A stretch of DNA of 64,000 bases from Methanotrichaceae archaeon (GTDB lineage Archaea > Halobacteriota > Methanosarcinia > Methanotrichales > Methanotrichaceae): assembly GCA_963754945.1 (NCBI GenBank), contig CAVWIG010000021.1, positions 32,001 through 96,000 of the forward strand, read 5' to 3'. This document shows, one piece after another, positions 40,424-51,172 of this stretch (within the stretch, counting starts at the first letter, position 1; every line of letters starts with the position of its first letter). Under the pieces are notes generated by a model. The model saw only the letters and a program-made list of their open reading frames with translations, made no database searches and was not told the origin of the DNA. Made by a program: the position numbers and the translations under genes.

Positions 40424-43400
40424 TTAGGGTATCACAATCTTTCCTCGATCTGTCCTTATCATGTTGTGGTTGTTCCTGAAATAGGCCGGAGAGATCTCCG
40501 GGCTGGTCCAAGCATCGGTGATGTTGCCGATCTCAGTTCCGTTCAGTTTCAGGCTCAGATCTTTCAGGTGAATCTGGGTTGCATTGTTCATGATTATGAA
40601 CTTGGCGGGATTGAACTCCAGGACCATGGTCCTGTTTCCTGGCTCAAGTTTGGTGGTGTTTGTGTCTTTGCCCAAGTCATTCCCGCTATCGTCCTCGATC
40701 CTACCGTTCAGGTTGTAGGCACCGGCCTTGATCACTCGCACCCCCACTCCAATCCCGATCTCGCCTGTCTTTGTAAGGTTTGTGAAGTTTCCATTAAAGT
40801 AGGCTGCAGGATGTTGGAACTCCTCAGGATTTCTCTGGATGATTATGCTCTTGTTATACTTGCCCAAGAGATCTCCGTTTTCATTGTACAGGAACAGGCT
40901 GGGGATCGCCAGTGGCCCGCAAGTGCCACTCTTCCATATCTCCTCTCCGTCTACGTCTATGTTTACGTCCCCGCTCTTCTGAAGGCTAGATGTACCTTTC
41001 AGCCACTGTATCCTATTGCCCCTACAATCCACAAGAGCGCCCTCCACTGTGTAGTTTCCTGGAGACGTGACGTTGACTGCGAATCCGAGGGTCAGTTTGT
41101 CAAAGTAGCCGTCTTTATCCAAGTCTACGACCTTAGAGTAGTTCAAACCATTCAAGGACGAGCCAGCTACGGTCAATCTTATCGGAATCGTGAAGGATTG
41201 ATTGGCAGATCGGATCTCTAAGCTTCCATCGACGACGCTGCTGGTTGCATTAACTGGAATCTTGAGGCTGGCGTCAACCGTTGCACTCGACTCGCTCTCT
41301 ATACTCGCAGGCCCTTTTGTTGAGACCCAGGTCCAATTCCCTTGCAGATAGCGCGATATTTCAACGCTGAAGGACTCGTTGTGATCCGATGGCACATTGT
41401 TGCCGTAAATCCATATCCTCCACTTCCCTGGCTCAGGTCGTATCACTTCTGGTGATCCCGTTGTTTCTGACCCAACAGCCGCATAAACTCTCTTGGCTTC
41501 GGGATCGAGAAGAAGAAAGGCGATATCTCCATTTCCATCCTCGGCGCTCATGTTCGCAGAAATCCTGCTGGTGCCGTTTGGCACATCAAAGAACTTCTCC
41601 TGCAGGTCCTTCCTCCCGATCGACCCTTTGAATTCCAACATGCTCGCGTTCTCTACAGAACCGGTATAGCTGATGTTGCTCAAGGCTGGGCCTCTGTTTT
41701 CAAACTTGAACTGGGCAGTGACTTTGCCGCCGGGAACCACAGATCCAGCGTTCCAGATCTTGGGATTAGTTTCCACCAAAGACTGCTCGAAACTCAGCGT
41801 GTAGTTCACGGGTTCCGTCAGGTTCCTGGCGTGAACGGCCACGAGCCAGCGGCCCGATGGCGGGTCCGTTATGTCCACGGTATCCGCCAGGGAGGTTCTT
41901 TCACCGGCGTAGTACTCGCTGGTGGGGGACAGCAAGAAAAGATCCAGGTCAGCGCTCTGCTTCCAGCCGAGCCTGGACATGAGCTCGCTTGTGCCTAGGG
42001 GCACGTCCAGGTAGTAATACTGCCATTTGATTCCATGAAGATCATTCACTTTGACTGCTCTTCCTTTCTGGATTTTGATGGGCTCGGCGATCAATGCCGC
42101 CACGGGGACGGATGAGATGATCTTATTGCCCTCCGCTATCTCTATCGAGCCATTGTACTCACCGGCTTTTGTCCCGTTGGGCACGCTCATTGTGGCACCG
42201 AAGACCTTCTGGCCGTTGGCCGGAACGCTCTTCGGAAGGGGCTGAAGGGTGACCCAATCAGATATGTCTCCTTTAACTGTTGTACTGATGTTGTTCCTCT
42301 CCTTGTTTGTGAAGAAGACGAACTGGTTTGTGATCTCATCATCATTGGGGGCAAGAGCATAGATTTTCTTCAGAGGGCGGTCTGCGCCCGTGTCTAAGCC
42401 TACATACAGCCCCTTACCGGCAGAAAGGTAAGCCCAGCGGCCCGCATTCCAAGCATCGGGCATCACGCCCGAAATGTCTGATTTCAATAGACTATAAGAC
42501 TGGTTCGCGTCCAGCCTTCCCGCGCCTTGATAGTACTCCTCGTAGGTCTCCCCTTGGCTGTTGTTGAGCTTCTTAGCGCCTAATATCATGGCAGCCTTGA
42601 CACCAGCGGGCGTTAGGCTGGGATCCGCCTGAAGTAACAGGGCAGCCAATCCAGCCGCAACCGGCGTGGAAAGGCTGGTGCCTGATGCCTTGGCATAATA
42701 ACTATCGATGTAATTGGGCTGCTCGAGGCCCGGCGGAACCGTTGAGACAACATTTACACCAGGAGCGACCACGGACGGCTGGGTCCTTCCATCTCTGGTG
42801 GGCCCTGATCCGCTGAAGCTAGCGATGTGGTCGAAGAAATCTGATGCGCCCATGGTGATTACCTTGACTCCATCGCCTGGAGAGTCTATCAGGCCAGGGG
42901 CCAAGGGCACATAGAGCAAGAGCAATAGAACATCTCTGCTCGCCCCATTCGTCTGGGATATGTCGAACTTTCCTAGATCGATTGGACTGCTCTTGCCTTT
43001 GGTCTTGACAAGTGTGCTGGCACCTGCCAAACCCTGGGATTGAGTGTTGTTGCGATTACCGGCCGCGACGCACACAACCGCTCCTGCGTCCACGGCATTA
43101 TCCGCTGCCATGGTCACTGGCGGATTAGTCTCCCCCAAATTCATCCCTCCCAGGCTAAGGCTCAGAACCTTCGCATTATTATCAAGGGCCCATTCCATCC
43201 CAGCGATGATGTCCGATATCTTTCCGTTTCCTTTCTGGTCTATCACTTTCACATTCAACAAGCTGGCTCCGGGGGCAATCCCTCTGTACTTTCCACCAGA
43301 AGCGGCACCAGAACCGGCAATGATCCCAGACACCAGGGTTCCGTGCCCTAGAAGGTCGTCCGTGGTGGTCTCACCCTCCACGAAGTTCTTCTCGCCGACC

Positions 43401-43918
43401 ACTTTTCCTGCAAGATCTGGATGGTTCTCATCGATCCCAGAGTCCAGAATGGCCACGATCACACCTTTTCCATCTATTCCCTTTGACCAGAGCGGTTCGG
43501 CGTTGATCTTATCCGCAGGGATGACTGTGCTATTCCCAGGCGCATTGATGTCAGGCCCTGCCACGTGAGTTGAACTATCCAGGTAAACTCCTTTTATGGC
43601 ATCACTGACGGTTAGTTTTTTGATAGCAGAAGGACTGGCATCCCCTGCTACACCCTTGATCAAGTGATATCTGTACCTGACTTTCAGGTCACCCAGATCA
43701 GGCATGTCCTGGCTTTTGGCTATTACGATTACCGGTATCTCATTCTCATTTCCATTGTCTAGAAGCTTTTGCAGAGCCGGATCAACTGTTGGCACGGATG
43801 TTCCTGTCCGATCAGAAGACGCCGATGCTAGAACTGGTGATGATGACACATAGGAGGCCAGCAGAAGCAGGCCTGCTAGAGTTGCTGCAGAGATCAAGAA
43901 AATTTTTTGCTTATCCAT
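40424..43918 (-). CDS. Secreted S8 subtilisin-like serine protease with C-terminal accessory domains
   Basis: Signal peptide; ILDSG, GHGT, AAGN, SGTS triad motifs. Confidence 0.92.
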   Translation of the reverse strand: MDKQKIFLISAATLAGLLLLASYVSSSPVLASASSDRTGTSVPTVDPALQKLLDNGNENEIPVIVIAKSQDMPDLGDLKVRYRYHLIKGVAGDASPSAIKKLTVSDAIKGVYLDSSTHVAGPDINAPGNSTVIPADKINAEPLWSKGIDGKGVIVAILDSGIDENHPDLAGKVVGEKNFVEGETTTDDLLGHGTLVSGIIAGSGAASGGKYRGIAPGASLLNVKVIDQKGNGKISDIIAGMEWALDNNAKVLSLSLGGMNLGETNPPVTMAADNAVDAGAVVCVAAGNRNNTQSQGLAGASTLVKTKGKSSPIDLGKFDISQTNGASRDVLLLLLYVPLAPGLIDSPGDGVKVITMGASDFFDHIASFSGSGPTRDGRTQPSVVAPGVNVVSTVPPGLEQPNYIDSYYAKASGTSLSTPVAAGLAALLLQADPSLTPAGVKAAMILGAKKLNNSQGETYEEYYQGAGRLDANQSYSLLKSDISGVMPDAWNAGRWAYLSAGKGLYVGLDTGADRPLKKIYALAPNDDEITNQFVFFTNKERNNISTTVKGDISDWVTLQPLPKSVPANGQKVFGATMSVPNGTKAGEYNGSIEIAEGNKIISSVPVAALIAEPIKIQKGRAVKVNDLHGIKWQYYYLDVPLGTSELMSRLGWKQSADLDLFLLSPTSEYYAGERTSLADTVDITDPPSGRWLVAVHARNLTEPVNYTLSFEQSLVETNPKIWNAGSVVPGGKVTAQFKFENRGPALSNISYTGSVENASMLEFKGSIGRKDLQEKFFDVPNGTSRISANMSAEDGNGDIAFLLLDPEAKRVYAAVGSETTGSPEVIRPEPGKWRIWIYGNNVPSDHNESFSVEISRYLQGNWTWVSTKGPASIESESSATVDASLKIPVNATSSVVDGSLEIRSANQSFTIPIRLTVAGSSLNGLNYSKVVDLDKDGYFDKLTLGFAVNVTSPGNYTVEGALVDCRGNRIQWLKGTSSLQKSGDVNIDVDGEEIWKSGTCGPLAIPSLFLYNENGDLLGKYNKSIIIQRNPEEFQHPAAYFNGNFTNLTKTGEIGIGVGVRVIKAGAYNLNGRIEDDSGNDLGKDTNTTKLEPGNRTMVLEFNPAKFIIMNNATQIHLKDLSLKLNGTEIGNITDAWTSPEISPAYFRNNHNMIRTDRGKIVIP

Positions 43919-44023
43919 AATAATACCTGTTTAGAGGTGATTCCCCAACCACTCATCGATGATCGTCAATGGACTTAGTGTAAGTAGATAATGCTAAATA
44001 AACCTGTGGTATTTCTAATCCAG

Positions 44024-44803
44024 ATGAGTCCGCTCTGGCTGATATCAAATATTCTATGGTTGAGCCTGATTCTTCTCCTAGCCTCGGCTCTGACCAGGAT
44101 CAGCAATCTAGCGGGACTGGGTTGGATATTCTTCGGCATCTACTGGATGGATCAGCCTGGGTATTATTTATCCATCGAGGATTACTTCAACTCCGGATTG
44201 GCAATTGCAGCCGGATTGTTGTGCTTCTATATGGCCGGGATCATTCTATGGAAAAGATGCCAAACAAAGGCTTTTGAATGGGCGAGCTATGCAGCGGCCG
44301 TCTGCGGCATAGTTTACTTTCCCTTTGCCGAGGTAGAAGTCCTCAAAGACTGGCTTATAAGCCAGACGGCCCTGATCACCGTTCATCTCCTCTGGGCGTT
44401 CTCGGTTCCGGTCTCTCTTCAGAGCGGGAACGTGATGGCCCTGAACGGTCGGACGGTGGAGATCATCCTGGCCTGCACGGCAATTGAGAGCATATCTCTA
44501 TTCATCGGGGTGATAATTTCCGTAGGCGCTCCGTCTCTTCGCAAGTTCACAGCCCTGACTGTGTCAACGCTTGTCATCTACTCACTGAACATAGTCAGAA
44601 ACGCCTTTGTGATGGTCGCCTACGGCCAGAGTTGGTTCGGAGACGATAGCTTCATGGTGGGCCACAACATCATAGCGAAAGCAGGATCGACTGTTGCCCT
44701 GCTGGCAATCGCATACTTCGTCTTCACGATTCTTCCTGAGCTTTTGGACCTCATGGAATCGCTGGGTTCGGAGCTAAAGAATCCGTGGAGGGACCGTTCC
44801 TGA
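44024..44803 (+). CDS. artA: Archaeosortase A
   Basis: IILACTAIESI (Cys), LNIVRN (Arg), HNIIAK; multi-TM; next to psd/pssA. Confidence 0.9.
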   Translation: MSPLWLISNILWLSLILLLASALTRISNLAGLGWIFFGIYWMDQPGYYLSIEDYFNSGLAIAAGLLCFYMAGIILWKRCQTKAFEWASYAAAVCGIVYFPFAEVEVLKDWLISQTALITVHLLWAFSVPVSLQSGNVMALNGRTVEIILACTAIESISLFIGVIISVGAPSLRKFTALTVSTLVIYSLNIVRNAFVMVAYGQSWFGDDSFMVGHNIIAKAGSTVALLAIAYFVFTILPELLDLMESLGSELKNPWRDRS

Positions 44804-45387
44804 AGATCGCCAAGGGGTCCACGACCTGGATATCTTTGCCCCTCATGCTTACAGCGGTATTGGCCGTCCTAGGAAGCTGGTATGCTTCGGCATTAGCCCT
44901 GATTGGTACGATATTCGTCATATTCTTCCACAGAGACCCCGACCGAGCTCCTCAAGGAGAAGGCATGGTTTCTCCGGCGGATGGCAGGGTGATCAAGGCC
45001 GATACTGACGGGATAGCCATCTTCATGGGAGTTCACAACGTTCACGTTAACAGATCTCCTCTGGACGGCCTGGTTAAGAGAACCCAGTACACCAAAGGCG
45101 GGCACTATCCTGCCTTTTTGAACCTAGCCAGCAAGAACCAGCAGAACAAGATAGATATTGAGACGGCCGAAGGTGACATAGAGATCTCTCAGATAGCAGG
45201 AGCTCTGGCCAGAAGAATAGTCTGCTACGTCAAACCCGGTGATCGGGTTGTGCGAGGACAGCGCATAGGCATGATTCACTTCGGGTCCCGAGTAGAGGTT
45301 ACAATTCCCAAAGGTTACCGGCAGTATGTCAACATTGGGGATAGAGTTCGCGCTGGTGAGAGCATAATCGCGGTGAAGGAATCATGA
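44785..45387 (+). CDS. psd: Archaetidyl/phosphatidylserine decarboxylase proenzyme
   Basis: FFHRDPDR, SPADG, HVNRSP, QIAGALARRI, FGSRV cleavage motif. Confidence 0.92.
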   Translation: MEGPFLKIAKGSTTWISLPLMLTAVLAVLGSWYASALALIGTIFVIFFHRDPDRAPQGEGMVSPADGRVIKADTDGIAIFMGVHNVHVNRSPLDGLVKRTQYTKGGHYPAFLNLASKNQQNKIDIETAEGDIEISQIAGALARRIVCYVKPGDRVVRGQRIGMIHFGSRVEVTIPKGYRQYVNIGDRVRAGESIIAVKES

Positions 45388-46045
45388 ATATCCTCAGGGC
45401 CATTCGGATACCCGATCTTTTTTCTCTCCTGAACCTTGCGTTCGGATTTGGGGCAGTACTGGCTGCGTCCCGAGGAAATATCGAATTTTCTATCACTGCT
45501 GGTGATCCTTTCTGCAGTCTTCGATGGAATCGACGGTTTCCTCGCCAGAAAGGCAAAGGCAAGCGATCTTGGTTTCAGCCTTGATTCCCTGGCCGACCTG
45601 GTCTCCTTCGGGGTTGCGCCGGCCTCAATTGCTGTGACCGCCTTTGGCTTCTCGGGTTACGCCCTGACTGTGAGCCTGATCTACCTGACCTGCGGGACCC
45701 TGAGGCTGGCCAGGTTCAACGTTTCGGACAGGGACGACGAGCACTTCGAAGGGTTTCCTATAACAGCGTCCGGGATAGCGATTGTTGCCAGCATGCTTCT
45801 GGATAGGCCTGGGCTAACCCTGGCCTTGATGCTGATTCTATCCATCCTGATGGTGAGCAGCATCCCTTACCCGAAAGATAAGGGATTTAAGATTGGTCGC
45901 GGCTTTTGCCCTGGTTCTCCTGGCCGCTGCAATCCTATTCCGGTTTATGGGAGACGCCGCTCCGTCTGGATCGCTCATATTAGCCGCAATGCTCGTTTAT
46001 ATGGCCAGTCCGGTGGTGATATCATGCCTACCAATAGGGAAATAG
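45384..46045 (+). CDS. pssA: Archaetidylserine synthase; two apparent frameshifts (~45490, ~45875)
   Basis: PDLFSLLN / FDGIDGFLAR, LDSLADLVSFGVAP, LRLARFN, PYPK / IRDLRL...SPVVISCLPIGK across frames. Confidence 0.85.
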
Positions 46046-46349
46046 CGGCCTTCGAAGCCGGGATCAAGCTTGGGGCGCTCTATCACCAGTTCGTTGGATC
46101 GCCAATAAGCCCCAAGACAGCAGACAGCCTCGAAGAGCCATAAAGGAGAGCATATCCCTGCAGCCTTACGTCCGGAGTGTCGATGTGAGGATTGACCGGC
46201 GGATGCTCGAGGAGAACGCCTTCGGCTACGGAGAGCTGGAGGGCAGGATGATATTCGCCGAGGTGGAGATAAAATACCTGGGCGAGACTGTGCGGGCCAG
46301 GTTGGAGTACGATCCTGATAAGGACTATCCGATGATGAAGCTAATTTAG
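46024..46349 (+). CDS. mptD: Archaeal dihydroneopterin aldolase; frameshift near 46135
   Basis: FEAGIKLGALYHQFVG then, in the shifted frame, SISLQPYV...GYGELEGRM...DYPMMKL. Confidence 0.8.
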
Positions 46350-46432
46350 GTCTATTTGGCTGGGGGCAAGATAATTCGGTTGCTCTGGCTGGATGATTCT
46401 GGAACCCTAGCCTAAGTGCAGCCCAGGTACCC

Positions 46433-46458
46433 TTCATTCCATGACTTCATGGAATGAA
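46433..46458. repeat. Perfect 12-bp inverted repeat with 2-nt spacer
   Basis: TTCATTCCATGA-CT-TCATGGAATGAA. Confidence 0.7.
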
Positions 46459-46493
46459 TTTTCGACAATTGCCAGCTATCGACTAACCAGCAT

Positions 46494-46536
46494 CGGTCAA
46501 AACAAAAACGCACTGTAGAACCAAGAGCGCAAGGTA
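46494..46536 (+). repeat. ~43-bp dispersed repeat, copy 1
   Basis: CGGTCAAAACAAAAACGCACTGTAGAACCAAGAGCGCAAGGTA; matches 48567-48610. Confidence 0.75.
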
Positions 46537-46641
46537 AGCTTTAGCGGGGCTAAAGCATATTTATAAATTTTCCATAACTTGTATACTGGCAGACGTTGTA
46601 TAAAATTGTGCGTTTAAAAAAACAATAAGCTTCATGACATT

Positions 46642-47201
46642 TTATGGATTTTGCTCAACGGGGCGTACGTCTCTAAGGGAGCTCTTTCTCTTTAATTCAT
46701 CTATAAATTCATCCACAGTATTTAATCCATTGGCGATTTCAGTCATTCTTTGCATCAAGTCATTGGCAATAGCTTCGATTTCTTCCTTCGACGCTGTACT
46801 TGGATCCAGTTTTTGAATACGTAGTAAAGGTGGAACTAGATATACCAAAGACAGACCTCGTTTTCTAGTCTGCCCCACGCCTTAATAGATAGATAAACGT
46901 CTTTTATTGCATTTAAAATGGAATTTAAAATAGCAATTGTGATTCCTATAATGCCTATTATAGCTATCGGCGGTATCTCCGTGGTCGCAGTTGTAGTTGT
47001 TATATATGTATATCCTATAATTACTAAATATATCTCTATAATTAGTATTGATAAGCTCGAGAAAACATTACTAAATATTCGTGAATCGCTTTCAATAGGA
47101 GCCAGAATCTTATCTTTAGCAATCCGAATTTGCATATCCAAAAGTCGCTTATCGATTTTTTTAAGTAAAGCTAACATTTCCTCGATATCTTTTTCAGCCA
47201 T
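46642..47201 (-). CDS. AT-rich hypothetical membrane protein, probably one gene split into two overlapping ORFs
   Basis: Two TM segments in 46836..47201 and an overlapping downstream ORF 46642..46878; low GC. Confidence 0.45.
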
Positions 47202-47364
47202 GTACAGGAAAGGATTATGAGATCCCATGCAGATAAATATTCCCTGTAATTTCCTCTGCATTTCTCCTATGAGCAGTGGTCGATACGCTCCGAGGGCGAG
47301 TTCCGTCGTGACAAGGATTGAACTCTTTCGCGAGACCTTAGAGGATTCCTAAAACCCTCCCAAA

Positions 47365-47988
47365 TCAACCGGCAGTAGCAGGTCAGCCTTTGCGAGCCTG
47401 CGGTCAATCAAGCTGACAGAGATCAACAGAACAGCAGAAACAGCCAAGCCTAGTAATGGATAGCTGTGGGCTGCCTCCAACCAAGACAGTCAGTGTTCCC
47501 AAGAAGTTAATCCAAGCTTTTCCTTATAGAATCCACCGATCACAGGCACCAGCATTCCGCTGGTGAATACGGTGTAAACTGAGAAGAGCATTGCTATTAT
47601 TCCGGATCCCGTCAGAGCCAGGGCCAGAGCTGCCATGCCAATGGTCACAGCTCCCAACCTGGAAGTTCTCATGAGTTCCGGAACTCCTGATGACGGTCTG
47701 GCCTTCAGTATAGGTCAAGCGCCATGGTGGTTGTGGCTGTCATCAGGGGCGTGGCCGCCGAGGACATGAACGCAGTCAGAAGGGCTGATCCTACGATGCC
47801 CGTTCGAGGGGTGAGCATGCTCATCATCAGAATAGGTAACGCCTGTTCGGCCTGGATACCAGGAAAAAGAATCCTAGCTGATATTCCCAGGATTGTGATG
47901 GCAAAGGCCAGGGGCGCCAGGATTAAAACGGCCATCACGACAGAGCCCCCTAGCAGTCCCAGAGTCTTTTTGCCAGGAAGATACAGGA
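47365..47988 (-). pseudogene. Diverged duplicate of the 3' part of the sodium:solute symporter gene
   Basis: LFPGIQAEQALP, AFMSSAATPLMTATTTMALDLY, SVYTVFTSGMLVPV; frameshifts and a small deletion relative to 51173-51820. Confidence 0.88.
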
Positions 47989-48050
47989 AATTTCATAGTA
48001 CTATCACTGGGATAATGTTAAATTCATCCAGAGCGTAATGGTTACCTAAT

Positions 48051-48329
48051 ATGTTCGCAGAGTACATCCAGGCAGCTCTGGAGCGAGCGCAGTACAAGGT
48101 CATTGACAATACTGAGCCTATATTTGGGGAGGTTCCTGAACTTGAAGGCGTGTGGGCAACGGGTGAGACTGTGGAAGAGTGCCGCAGGGAACTAATTTCA
48201 GTGATTGAGGGGTGGATTGCCTTGAGGCTGCGAATGGGCGATTCAATTCCACCGATAGGTAACTTCACCATCAACGTCTCGACGGAGCCGATGGCCGTTG
48301 TCGAGGCTGATCCCTGTCACCAGAAATGA
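48051..48329 (+). CDS. hicB: HicB-family antitoxin
   Basis: YIQAALERAQY...GEVPELEGVWATGETVEECRRELISVIEGW...IP. Confidence 0.85.
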   Translation: MFAEYIQAALERAQYKVIDNTEPIFGEVPELEGVWATGETVEECRRELISVIEGWIALRLRMGDSIPPIGNFTINVSTEPMAVVEADPCHQK

Positions 48330-48537
48330 GTTGTTGAGAAGACTAAGAAAGTTGGGGTTTTGAAGGTCCCTATCCTGGGTCGGGCCAATGCGTATATGGT
48401 CAGAGAAGTATCCGGGAAAAGGTTGTATGTAAAAATCCCCAACCCCCCATCACGGTGAGGATATAGGCGCTGGCCTCTTGGCAGAAATATTGAGAAGGGC
48501 CGAAATCAGCCGCGAGGATTGGTTTTCGGCAGCTTAG
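48298..48537 (+). pseudogene. hicA: HicA-family mRNA interferase toxin with three single-base insertions
   Basis: Reconstructs to SRLIPVTRNELLRRLRKLGFEGPYPGSGHAYMVR...IPNPHHGEDIGAGLLAEILRRAEISREDW. Confidence 0.78.
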
Positions 48538-48566
48538 CTCTCTTTTAGATTTATTGGCAAGGATTC

Positions 48567-48610
48567 CGGCCAAAACGAAAATGCACTGTAGAACCTGGAG
48601 CGCAAAGATA
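48567..48610 (+). repeat. ~43-bp dispersed repeat, copy 2
   Basis: CGGCCAAAACGAAAATGCACTGTAGAACCTGGAGCGCAAAGATA. Confidence 0.75.
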
Positions 48611-48689
48611 GGAAGAATGGAAGGTCGTCCACGCTGGAGTTGTTGGGACAACACTTTCCAATCATACATATTCCTCGATCCTTGAAAAC

Positions 48690-49960
48690 GGCAGTGTAAC
48701 GATTTTTCTGTACTTTGATAATAAGAATGATTATCGGCCCTGTATCCTATCCAATCTTGAGAAAAGGAGGACACAGGACCATGATACCCATAGCACTCTT
48801 GGAAGATTACCTTATCGATCAGGAAGATGGACTAAAGAAGCTTCTGACCTGGTTCTTGAACCTTGTAATGCAGCTAGAAGCGGCGCAACAGGCAGATGCA
48901 GAACCGTATCAGAGAGTCGAATCCCGAAAGGCACATAGGAATGGCTACAAGGAAAGATCTCTGAAGACGCGAGTTGGAGAGCTCCGACTCAAGAAACCTC
49001 AATTCCGTGAAATTTCCTTCGAAACCAAGGTGTTCGACAGATTTTCGCGCGTAGAGAAGGCTTTGGTCAACGCTGTACTCGAATCGTATCTCCAGGGGGT
49101 TTCAACCAGGAGAATCCAAGATATTGTCTCTCGATTTGGCATCGAGAATTTATCTGCCTCTAGCGTTTCCAGGATATCCAAAGAGCTTGACGAGAAGGTA
49201 GAAGAATTCCTGAAGAAACCTATCGAACGTCCTATTCCTTATCTTTATGTAGATGCAAGCTACTTCAAAGTAAGAACAGAATCAAGATATGTTACCAAAG
49301 CTTTCATGATCGTCACAGGTGTTAGAGATGACGGTTATCGCGAGATACTTGGCGCAAGAATAGCTGACAGTGAAGATGAACTCTTCTGGTCGGGATTATT
49401 TCAAGATCTGGCGGATCGTGGGTTGTCCGGAGTAAAGCTCGTGATATCAGATGGTCATAAGGGAATCCAGAAAGCGGTTGAGAAATCATTTCTTGGTGCT
49501 TCATGGCAAATGTGTCACGTTCACTTTTCAAGAGCGGTCTTGAGAAACGTTGCCAAGAAGTATCATAAGGAGATCGCCGATAAGATCAAGATCGCTCTGG
49601 AAGACGAAATCAAGATACAGGACTTAGCGAAAGAATTGAGGGAAAGAGGTTATGCGAAATCTGCTGACACTATCGACCGCTTCAGATTCAGTCTGTGGAA
49701 TTACAGGGCATTCCCCAGAGGTCACTGGAGAAGGATTCGGACTACAAACGGGCTGGAGAGGATCAACAAGGAGCTGAAAAGAAGATCCAGGGTAGTCGGT
49801 GCCTTCCCAAGTGAGAGCTCGTTCATGAGGTTAGGGGTTTCGATCCTCATCGATATCAACGAAGAATGGCTGACCGCTAAAAAGTATTTATCTATGGATG
49901 CTGATTGAGTATGTTGGGATACAGGGCAACTCCAAATTACAGAAATCTCGGCACACTACC
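48690..49960 (+). mobile_element. IS256-family element
   Basis: Imperfect TIRs GGCAGTGT...TTTCTGTA / TACAGAAA...GCACACTACC; 8-bp TSD TTGAAAAC at 48682-48689 and 49961-49968. Confidence 0.93.
48781..49908 (+). CDS. IS256 transposase
   Basis: RNGY, YLQGVSTR, YVDASY, ISDGHKG, QMCHVHF, RTTNGLERINKELKRR. Confidence 0.95.
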   Translation: MIPIALLEDYLIDQEDGLKKLLTWFLNLVMQLEAAQQADAEPYQRVESRKAHRNGYKERSLKTRVGELRLKKPQFREISFETKVFDRFSRVEKALVNAVLESYLQGVSTRRIQDIVSRFGIENLSASSVSRISKELDEKVEEFLKKPIERPIPYLYVDASYFKVRTESRYVTKAFMIVTGVRDDGYREILGARIADSEDELFWSGLFQDLADRGLSGVKLVISDGHKGIQKAVEKSFLGASWQMCHVHFSRAVLRNVAKKYHKEIADKIKIALEDEIKIQDLAKELRERGYAKSADTIDRFRFSLWNYRAFPRGHWRRIRTTNGLERINKELKRRSRVVGAFPSESSFMRLGVSILIDINEEWLTAKKYLSMDAD

Positions 49961-50059
49961 TTGAAAACCCCTGAACAACTTGACGCGGTTGGTTCTTTTG
50001 GTCCCAAACCCTATACAAGATCAAAGAAATTATGTACTTACAGCACTTACAACGTCTCC

Positions 50060-50272
50060 ATGCGTGGAAATACAAACATAAAACATGCAGCAGCAACAAG
50101 CCGAATCCCTGTATCGAGAAACGTTTGGGCAAGCCTGTCCAGTTTAAGAAAACCAGGAGAAACTTACAATGACCTACTCGAGGAGATGATCGAAAGGGAG
50201 AAGAAACGCCGGTTGTTTGAGGACATGGACCGAATCGAGAAGAGGGGTAAATTCGTGGTGATGAAATGGTAA
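50060..50272 (+). CDS. Small antitoxin-like protein followed by an 18-codon RelE-like N-terminal remnant (50266-50322)
   Basis: RIPVS..VW..L..L+KPGETYNDLL pattern; overlapping ATG giving MVNFEVFIDEDA. Confidence 0.6.
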   Translation: MRGNTNIKHAAATSRIPVSRNVWASLSSLRKPGETYNDLLEEMIEREKKRRLFEDMDRIEKRGKFVVMKW

Positions 50273-50318
50273 ACTTCGAGGTGTTTATAGATGAAGATGC
50301 CTGCATCTCGAATAAAGG

Positions 50319-50699
50319 CTAATCCCCTAGAAAAATAACGTCTTTCAGTCCTTTGAAATGGGTGTCCCCAGTTAAGACTTTTGCACCTTCTCTGATCGCT
50401 GTGGCATAGATTATGGCATCTCCTAGGCCCCAATCTCTTTCATGCCTGAACTTGGCTCCTTTGACGGCAATCTCTTCATCAACGGGGATCAAATAGCATC
50501 GTGAGATCATGGCCCTTCGCCTCTTTTCGGCGGTCTGTTCATCGAACCGGTCAAGTGCTATACGATAGATCTCAGCAAGGTTGATACTGCTTATGATAAT
50601 CTCTTGGTCCTCGTCCATAACATAGGTCTTAACGGTTTCTCCGATCTTGCTACCAGCGAAGAACTCTACCCAGGCCCAGGAATCAATTAAAGCGATCAA
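50319..50699 (-). CDS. vapC: VapC PIN-domain toxin
   Basis: IDSWAWVE, INLAEI, GLGDAIIYATA, LTGDTHF. Confidence 0.92.
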   Translation of the reverse strand: MIALIDSWAWVEFFAGSKIGETVKTYVMDEDQEIIISSINLAEIYRIALDRFDEQTAEKRRRAMISRCYLIPVDEEIAVKGAKFRHERDWGLGDAIIYATAIREGAKVLTGDTHFKGLKDVIFLGD

Positions 50700-50877
50700 T
50701 CTCTTCCCTCTTGAATGGTGCTATTCCTGGCATACTTCCGAACTCGGATTCGTCCATTCTCTTGGCTTTCCTGAGCAAATGCCTGACCACATCGTTATAG
50801 GATTCGACATTAAGCTCCTTCTTTAATATGTTCAGCATTTTGTAAACATCGTCTTGAACCTGAATCGTAGTTGACAT
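50683..50877 (-). CDS. vapB: VapB-type antitoxin
   Basis: TTIQV...L..LKK...SYNDVV; overlaps the vapC start. Confidence 0.8.
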   Translation of the reverse strand: MSTTIQVQDDVYKMLNILKKELNVESYNDVVRHLLRKAKRMDESEFGSMPGIAPFKREEIDRFN

Positions 50878-51172
50878 AGTTACAATGCTATATTATTATA
50901 GGCCTATAAAGTTATCGATCAAATTGGTTGATGCAGAACTTGAGATGCACATGCCGACGCGAAAGTAAACAATAGATCGGTGTAAACCCGCAAAATCGGC
51001 CTAAAGTTCTTCTGGCAATCGGATTAATCGCCGCAAGGAGCGATTCTAATATTTTCCTGAGTATAGCGCGGCTGCAGCACCGGCTACGCATACCTTCCGA
51101 GTGCGAGTTATGCCGTAAACAAGGATTGAACTCTTTCGCGATACCTGAGAGGAATCCTTAAAATCCGCCAAA

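Noticed and set aside
45436-46143. PssA-MptD fusion protein shown in the ORF track
   Set aside because: It results from an extra A near 45875; the corrected pssA frame stops at 46045.
50997-51115. Integron attC-like site (CGGCCTAAA...GTTATGCCG with an internal hairpin)
   Set aside because: A single degenerate instance with poor arm pairing, no array and no IntI.
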